A stretch of DNA of 64,000 nt, from the NCBI RefSeq assembly GCF_009914755.1, contig NC_060927.1; one strand, 5' to 3'. The first letter of the stretch is position 1; every line of letters begins with the position of its first letter. The notes beneath the pieces are model-generated. The model was given only the letters and a program-made list of their open reading frames with translations. It was not told the DNA's origin and searched no databases. This DNA is from the human T2T-CHM13v2.0 reference genome, Homo sapiens. Shown piece by piece: positions 56,366 through 64,000 of this stretch. A program made the position numbers and the translations under genes.

Positions 56366-57704
56366 GTAATCAAACCTCTGAAGCTGATTTTCAAATATAT
56401 TAGAGGAATTGATTTTAAAATATCAAAGCGTAAGAAGTAAATGTTTTCAAGCATATTCAGACACTTATGAAGGAAGACTATTAAAAGACAGGGAGCAGGA
56501 CTGCCTTTTCTTTGTGTGGCTGGCTGCATTTTATGATGGATTCAAAACCCCAGTAATGAGAAAATATAATCAGAAAAAGTGATTTTTAGCAGGCTGTTGA
56601 ATGACACATAAAATAAAATGTATTCATTAATGAGTCAGCAAAAATGTTATGCATGAGCTTTCAGAGCCAGAATTTTTAAGCAGCTTTTTCATACTTGGTA
56701 CAGCCATGTTCCTGAAGTATCCTCTCACAACCCCCTTCTACCTCTCTCTCTCTCTCTTTTTTTTTTTTTGTCCTGTACTGCCAGGTTGGAATAATGACCA
56801 AAGGGAGGGGCAAAACAAACAGATATGCTCACTGTGGCAGAAGTCACTCCAAAGATCAAAGACTTGATTCAGCCGTGGCTGCCAAAATCAGAACCACAGT
56901 GGGTGCTCATCAGCACGGTGCCCTCAGAACCACATGGGCTACCCTTGATAGGTTAGCAGCTTGGGGTGCAGGCCCCGCATCCTGCTTAGAACCACCTGCT
57001 GAGAACTGGATGTGCACATTACCTTACCCACTCACAACATTTGATTTCAACTCAATTCTGCTCTAGTATTATGTTTATTGAATGACGGAAGTCTAACAGA
57101 CACTGTAAAAATCCAATTTCACATCTTATAGTACCCAAAAGGGAACTGTGATTTTCCTATATCAGTGAGCAAAATCTTGAGCAATTAGTAAACAAGATCA
57201 CCAATTTCTAGTATTTCTATGAGATATATTTCTTTAGTTTTCTGTAAGGAGAAAATAATATATTGGTACCTTAGTATCCAGCAATCTTATATTCATTTAT
57301 AGGGTTATCTCAAGTTAACATAGTCAAAAACCCAGAAGAGGGAAAATAGAGCCCTTGGGAAATGAAAAGAAATGCCATAAGGTACACGCTGTTGCCCAAA
57401 TACATCATTACTTACCAAGGAGACTTTAATTTGGAACCAATTTATTCTTCTTTAATACACAGTAACACCAGTAATCTGGACCCTCCATTCATATTACATG
57501 GGAAGAAAACACTTTCGGAAGAAAGTACAATGATATCTGTAAGAAATGATGGCTCTATCTCAGAATGAAGAGGAGACAGAGGAGGTGAGGGAGAAATAAA
57601 AGTATGCAAAGCTAAGAACTATGTACAGCTTGCAAACATCTCTATTATTGAGTCCTGCAGAAATCATTGTGGTAAAGCTCTGCACAAAAAATAGTGTTCA
57701 TAAT

Positions 57705-58159
57705 TATTATGGGTTTAATTGTGCCCTCCCAAAATTCATATGTTAAATTTCTAACCCCAAGTATCTCAGAAAATGACCATATTTGGAAATAGGGTCCCTA
57801 ATTAAGATGCAGTTGTAATGGAGTAAGGTGGTTCTCTACTCAAGTATGACTTATGCCTGTAGAGAAAGGGGAAATTTGGACATGGGCACACATACACTGG
57901 GAGAATGCTATATTAAAGATGAAGGCAGAAATCAGGGAGATGCCTTACAGGTCAAGGAATTCCAACGATTGCCATAAACTCCAGAAACTAAGCAAGAGGC
58001 ATGAAACAGATTCCCTCCCACAACCCTTATAAGGAACCATCCCTTCTAATAGCTTGATCTCAGACTTCTTGCTTCCAGAACTGTGATCCAATAAATCTCT
58101 GTTGTTTAAACAACCCAATTTATGATATTCTATTATGGCAGCCCTAGGAAACTAATACA
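57705..58159 (+). mobile_element. MaLR solo LTR (MLT1C-like)
   Basis: Ends ggcagccctaggaaactaataca; 5-bp TSD ataat at 57700-57704 and 58160-58164. Confidence 0.9.
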
Positions 58160-58991
58160 ATAATGATTATCAGGAAATCATCATGTAAAGACTAAATCAA
58201 GTTCAGAATATATTGTTTAAGAAGGTTGAAAAATATAAGATTCACTGCAGAAAACGAATCAATATGCTTTTGCAGAAATAAAGCATTCAGTGTTTGAGTG
58301 GCACAAATATCGAAACAATAAATGATTTCTTTACATGGAACATATGGTTTTCAATTTTTCCTAATCCAATGAGATGTTGCCATCTTTACTAAAAAGACAA
58401 ACTGAAATATACTCTACAGAACACGTCAAAGAAAGAGTCCCCAACCTCCAAGAAGCATTTTGACTAAGAAGGAAGATAAATATCAACTTATTTTTATTTG
58501 TTTGTTTAAAATACACAGCCTAATATGGATGAAACGGTTACAAAGAGAAGTTCTGGGTAAAGAAGAGGTTGTCTACTTAGAAGAAAACTACTAATAAATG
58601 GGGTTTGAATCTACATAAAAATTAAAAGGCATTCATCCAGATGAGAAGTTAAAGAGAATTCTAAGTATGAAGAATGGAGAAACATGAGAGGACTGAACAA
58701 AGCAAGAGTAAGAGAAGGTAGGGGCAGAAACAACAGCAGAGGGAATATGAGAAGGCTAGCTGGTATTGAGAGTGTTATCAATCTGAAATGGGCACAGAAA
58801 TGGATAAAAAAGCCTGTAGACAGGTAAGAAAGACAAGAAACAGTAACATTCCCATATTTAAACAAGAAGTTGAAAACATCTAGTGCAAGAATTAAGCTCT
58901 AATCTTTAAAACAGGTGCTCTTAAATGCTTTTGCATGAATAAGAGACTGTACCTTGATTTTTCTTCAAAAGGATTCAATAGTGGGATGGAA

Positions 58992-58992
<1 letters not shown>

Positions 58993-59039
<47 letters not shown>
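58993..59039. repeat. (TG)n microsatellite, about 23 units
   Basis: Read directly from the sequence. Confidence 0.98.
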
Positions 59040-59042
<3 letters not shown>

Positions 59043-60004
59043 AGCTAAGCTGTTACTGCAGGTAGGTCAATGAAGAAATACTTCATGGAACAGGAAGTTA
59101 TAGCGTTATACAATGTGTTCCCTGGAGAAGTTTAAAAAAACACACACAAAATAGCCCTATGAAGTTTGTTTGCTCTGTTAAATAGCTTTAAAATTCTACC
59201 CCTACTAATTGTTCTTAACATTTTATTTCAGCCAATTATCAATTTAATCTGGGAGAAGAAAGATCTACTTGACTTTTTGACAGCCAAGTCAATCCAACTA
59301 GAAAATTCAAACCCTACAAGAAAACTGCTTTGCAACATTTTTAACTGACAACAGAAATCCATGATAACATAATCACCTTTTTCTTTCTTTCCCAAACTCA
59401 TTCTCTCTAAAGAAAATAAACAATGGTACAAAGATACTTGGATGAAATGAAAAAGTGAAGAGAGCTATTCCCTCTTTATGGTAATAGGATGTTCTTGTTC
59501 AAGATGGTTAAAAATGTAACCTGAGTTCTTTTTCAATTCTCTATAGAAGTTGGAGATGGTCTTGTCTACATATCTAAAGTAACTGAATTATATCAGCAAA
59601 TATAAGAATTACAGCTTAATTTCACCCATTTTCTATCTTAAATAATTCATAAATTAATTAGTCTCTTTATTTTATTCATTGGAAAAATGTTGGCTTAGAT
59701 GATGATATTCAAGTAGGGACCCAAAATGTTAAAAACGAAGATAAGGAATAGGTTTTGCATAGATACTACCTTTTTTCCCACTGATTTCTATGGATTTTCT
59801 ATTACAGAAATAACTTCTGCAGAGCACTAGTACTTCTGCAGAACAGAGTAGGATATTCTCAAAACTGGGATGGTGATAAAATGAATAAAATCAGCATCAA
59901 GTGATGAGAAGCAGATGAGTAAAGGAATATGCCACAGCACTAAAATAAAATGGGCCCTTAATTAAAAGTCCTTGATTAAATTTTACCTTATGAAGAGAAA
60001 TATT

Positions 60005-60170
60005 GAAAAGAAAAAGGAAGAAGGAGAGATGAAGGGAGGAAAGATGGAAGGACAGAAGAAAGGAAGTGAGGGAGAAAGGAAGGAAGGGAGGAAGGAAACA
60101 GAAAGGGAGGAGGGAGGGAGAAAGGAGAAAAAAGTGAGTTAAAAAGCAAGAAAGAAGGAAAGAAAAAAAA
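60005..60170. repeat. GA-rich low-complexity tract
   Basis: Read directly from the sequence. Confidence 0.85.
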
Positions 60171-62058
60171 GGTAAAGCCATTATAGAGGTATTTTCTCAT
60201 CCTTTCCCCACTGGCTGGCCCTCTAATCTTCCTTCTCTGCTTCCCACCCCAATCCAAATGTCTGGGACACAAGTAGGATAGTTGGGAAAAAGGGGAAAAA
60301 AGGAAAATTTCTTTCTCCAGCTGATGCTCACTTTGGTACCAATAGCTCTAACTCAACAGTTCCAAGTGTTTTTAATCTCATGTGGTCCTTTGAGAATAAA
60401 TGAAACTTATCAACCTTCTCTCCAAGGAAGGGGTGGGGAGAAAGAAAAAGCATATTTACAAATACATATAAAGTATACATTTAGATAAAATATAAAGTAT
60501 ATTTGCATACATTTTCAAAGGGCTTATATAAACTCTGAAATTCATCCCTGCACCATCTAATTATCCATTAGCTTAATATGAAAAACCATTGGCTCTAGAA
60601 TCTGGACCAAGCCATAATAAATGGTTGGGGATAGGGATTTGGAGAAATGGAAATGAGATACAAAACAAACCGAGCAAAAACACACACACATTAAAAATAA
60701 AAAGGTGTTCCTTCTCTCCAAGTCAACCCTTAAGGATCTGGCTCTTCATTGTTCCTGGAATTTAGATCAATAAAAAATATGACTTGACCAATAACTATTT
60801 AATTAATAAAAATAGATAAAATTATATAGCAATATATATAATATTGTAGCAATTCTTCATGTTTTAATCATTAATTCTACATTACTCCCTGTTAACTGTC
60901 TTTGATAGTGCACTAATATATAATACTGCCCTGATTTTGAACATTAGTCTAATACTTACAATAACATTGAAAACCAACACCATTTAATATTGTGATTAGC
61001 AACTCATCAGACATATAGGAAATTACAAGGAGACTCTGCAACAGATACAACAAAGCAAATAAACAATAATAAACTAATTTCAATGTTTTAATGGCTATAT
61101 GTAAGAGGAAACAGACCTTGCCTTAACTGTACTAATGGGAATTGTTTATATTTGTTTAAAACATAATAATGTTTCGCATAGTAATTCATAATCTTCAAAT
61201 GCCTTAAAGTATATTTAGCTCATCTGATGTGACTATCAACTCTGGAAAGTAAATAGGAGAGATATCATTATCCTTTTTTCATAAGCGAGGGAAGAGAGGC
61301 TACAAACGATTAAATGACTTCATTAATATCACAAATCTAACATGTGGTAGAGCAAAGGCTAGAACTCACAGGTTCTGATACCCAGTAATTTTGCTACCAT
61401 GCTACACAGTACTCAAAAAGTATTCATTACACATAGCTTGCTTAGGCACATGTGTTGTCTTACTTTGGAAATGAGGACAATAGAATACACCCTCAAATGA
61501 GTTGATACCCATAGCACTTATTCTTTCACGATAAAATTTTATTTTGGCACACAGTAAAACAGAAAGTATATTAGCTATTTAACAGGTGCAAATAGATATT
61601 TTTGAACGTGTACTGCATATCTTATGGATGATGTTTGCATGTAGTACGTGTCCATGTGTGGGGACTAGTGTACGTTTAATCATTTTGTTAGAAAAATAAT
61701 ACCGTTGAGTTAAGCCTGTGTTTTATTGTTAATCATGCATTTAGTAACAGCACAAGTTGACAAATCACTTATAATTGCTACATATTATAGCAGCACAATT
61801 CACAATTGCAAAATCATGGAGCCAACCCAAATGCCCATCAATCAATGAGTGGATAAAGAAACTGTGGTGTGCATATATATATTATATACACACACTATCA
61901 TACATATATACTATATACATACTATTCCATCATATATATATGCATATATCTGATGCATATGTATCTATTTGCACCTGGTAAATAGATAATATACTTTCAA
62001 ATATATCTATTTGCACCTGTTAAATAGCTAATATACTTTGTTTTACTGTGTGCCAAAA

Positions 62059-62092
<34 letters not shown>

Positions 62093-62269
62093 GGAATACT
62101 ATGCAGCCATAAAAAGGAATGAATTAACAGCATTTGCAGTGACCTGGATGAGATTGGAGACTATTATTCTAAGTGAAGTAACTCCAGAATGGAAAACCAA
62201 AAATTGTATGTTCTCCTGATATGTGGGAGCTAAGCTATGAGGGTGCAAAGGCATAGGAATGATGCAATG

Positions 62270-62561
<292 letters not shown>

Positions 62562-62707
62562 GAATGATGCAATGGACTTTGGGGTCTTGGAGGAAAGAGT
62601 GGGAAGGGGGCGAGGGATAGAAGACTGCAAATATGGTGCAGTGTATGCTGCTTGGGTGATGGGTACACCAAAACTCACAAATTGCCACTAAAGAACTTAC
62701 TCGTATA

Positions 62708-62956
62708 GATCACCTGAGGTCAGGAGTTCAAGACCAGCCTGGCCAACATGGTGAAACCCTGTCTGTAGTAAAAATACAAAAAATTAGCTGGGTTTGGTGG
62801 TGGGTGCCTGTAATCCCACCTACTCAGGAGGCTGAGGCAGGAGAATCACTTGAACCCAGGAGGCAGTAGCTGCAGTGAGCTCAGTGAGCTGAGATTATGC
62901 CATTGCACTCCAGCCTGGGCAACAAGAGCAAAACTCCATCTTAAAAAAAAAAAAAG
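62708..62956 (+). mobile_element. 5'-truncated Alu (AluSq-like) inside L1
   Basis: Starts at gatcacctgaggtc; TSD gaacttactcgt/gaacttattcat; internal 9-bp duplication cagtgagct. Confidence 0.93.
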
Positions 62957-63243
62957 GAACTTATTCATGTAACCAAATACCACCTGTACCCCAATAACTT
63001 ATGGAAAAAAAAAAGAATCCACTTCATGTAGTAATATATGATAAGCACTTAGTAAATGCCAATTGTTATGTTCTTGCCTGGGCAACTTTTGGTTGTCAAC
63101 TGAGTAGAAAAAAGCGCCATCTTTTAGAAATCTGTAATTCCTTCTTATCTGTATGTTACCTTCATTTTCATAAAAGGTAAGCAGTAAAGTGTATTGTATC
63201 ATACAGTGATGAATTTTGGAAATTATGCATAACATTTTAATTA

Positions 63244-63482
63244 TAGCTTGAATATCCTTTATCTACAATATCTGGGAGCAGAAGTATTTAGGAGTTTAGG
63301 CTTTTTTCGGATTTTGGAATATTTGCATTATATACTTACCAGTTGAGTACCCCTAATCCAAGAGTCTGAAATCTGAAATACTACAATGAGCATTTCCTTT
63401 GCTCATCATGTCCATGTTCAAAACATTTCAGATTTTGGAGCATTTCAGATTTCAGATTTTCGGATTAGGGATGCTCAGCCTG
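63244..63482. mobile_element. Tigger4a/MER46A MITE
   Basis: ...gattttggagcatttcagatttcagattttcggattagggatgctcagcctg with TA flanks. Confidence 0.85.
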
Positions 63483-64000
63483 TATTTTAAATATGAAAGA
63501 CATGCACTTGTTAAGGACTTTTGCAGAGATTTTACTTTGCAATTATGAGTCAGCCCATATATGACTTCTGTTACGCAATTGCATATTTCTCAGAACTCTA
63601 TTTTTTTTCATTTGTATTACTTAAATGTTTACTTAACTGGGAAATAGAAGATTTGTTTTTTGTTAAAGTGCAAATAAATGACAAAACAAACCTAAATAAA
63701 AAATTAGTTGATTTAAATACTCAAAAAACCCAAAATGCTTCATGAATAACATAGTAGAACATACTTTGAGAAAAAAATATAAACATACATATATCTGACT
63801 TCAACTATCTTGTTAGTTGATTTGTGATTACTTAATTAGATTTATTAAATAACTAAAAACTGACTTACAAATTTATAAGCATATATTCAGGTTTCTGTTG
63901 TAATTAGAGTAAAAAAAATAGTTAAAAATTTACAATCTTATTGTCCTTATCTTTCCTGTTTTTACTTGGGAAATTATCCTTCTTACTTAAAAATTTTACT

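Noticed and set aside
56794-57066. 90-aa ORF behind a + strand splice acceptor
   Set aside because: No recognisable protein similarity and only a weak donor; kept only as part of the regulatory-cluster finding.

Overview
AT-rich, CpG-depleted primate (very probably human) genomic DNA with no credible protein-coding region. The listed ORFs look Alu-, repeat- or chance-derived. I recognise the window, from memory and without alignment, as part of the long 5' non-coding region of ZBTB20 (3q13.31, minus strand). Three things support this: an alternative first exon ending at a perfect donor (51401), a 46-nt 5'UTR exon with canonical splice sites (3072-3117), and the intronic hsa-mir-4796 hairpin (36251-36331). 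The rest is intron with Alu, L1, L2, L3, MIR, MaLR LTRs, DNA-transposon fossils (MER5A, MER81, MER82, MER85, Tigger4a), microsatellites and a 27-bp minisatellite. I see no new gene system. The main signals are: a readable multi-step template-switch origin of mir-4796 inside a MIR, plus other template-switch scars; a uORF-rich first exon whose junction-spanning uORF changes with downstream micro-exon choice; and a palindromic 27-bp tandem repeat grown from an L3 fossil. Repeat subfamily calls and boundaries are by eye and approximate.
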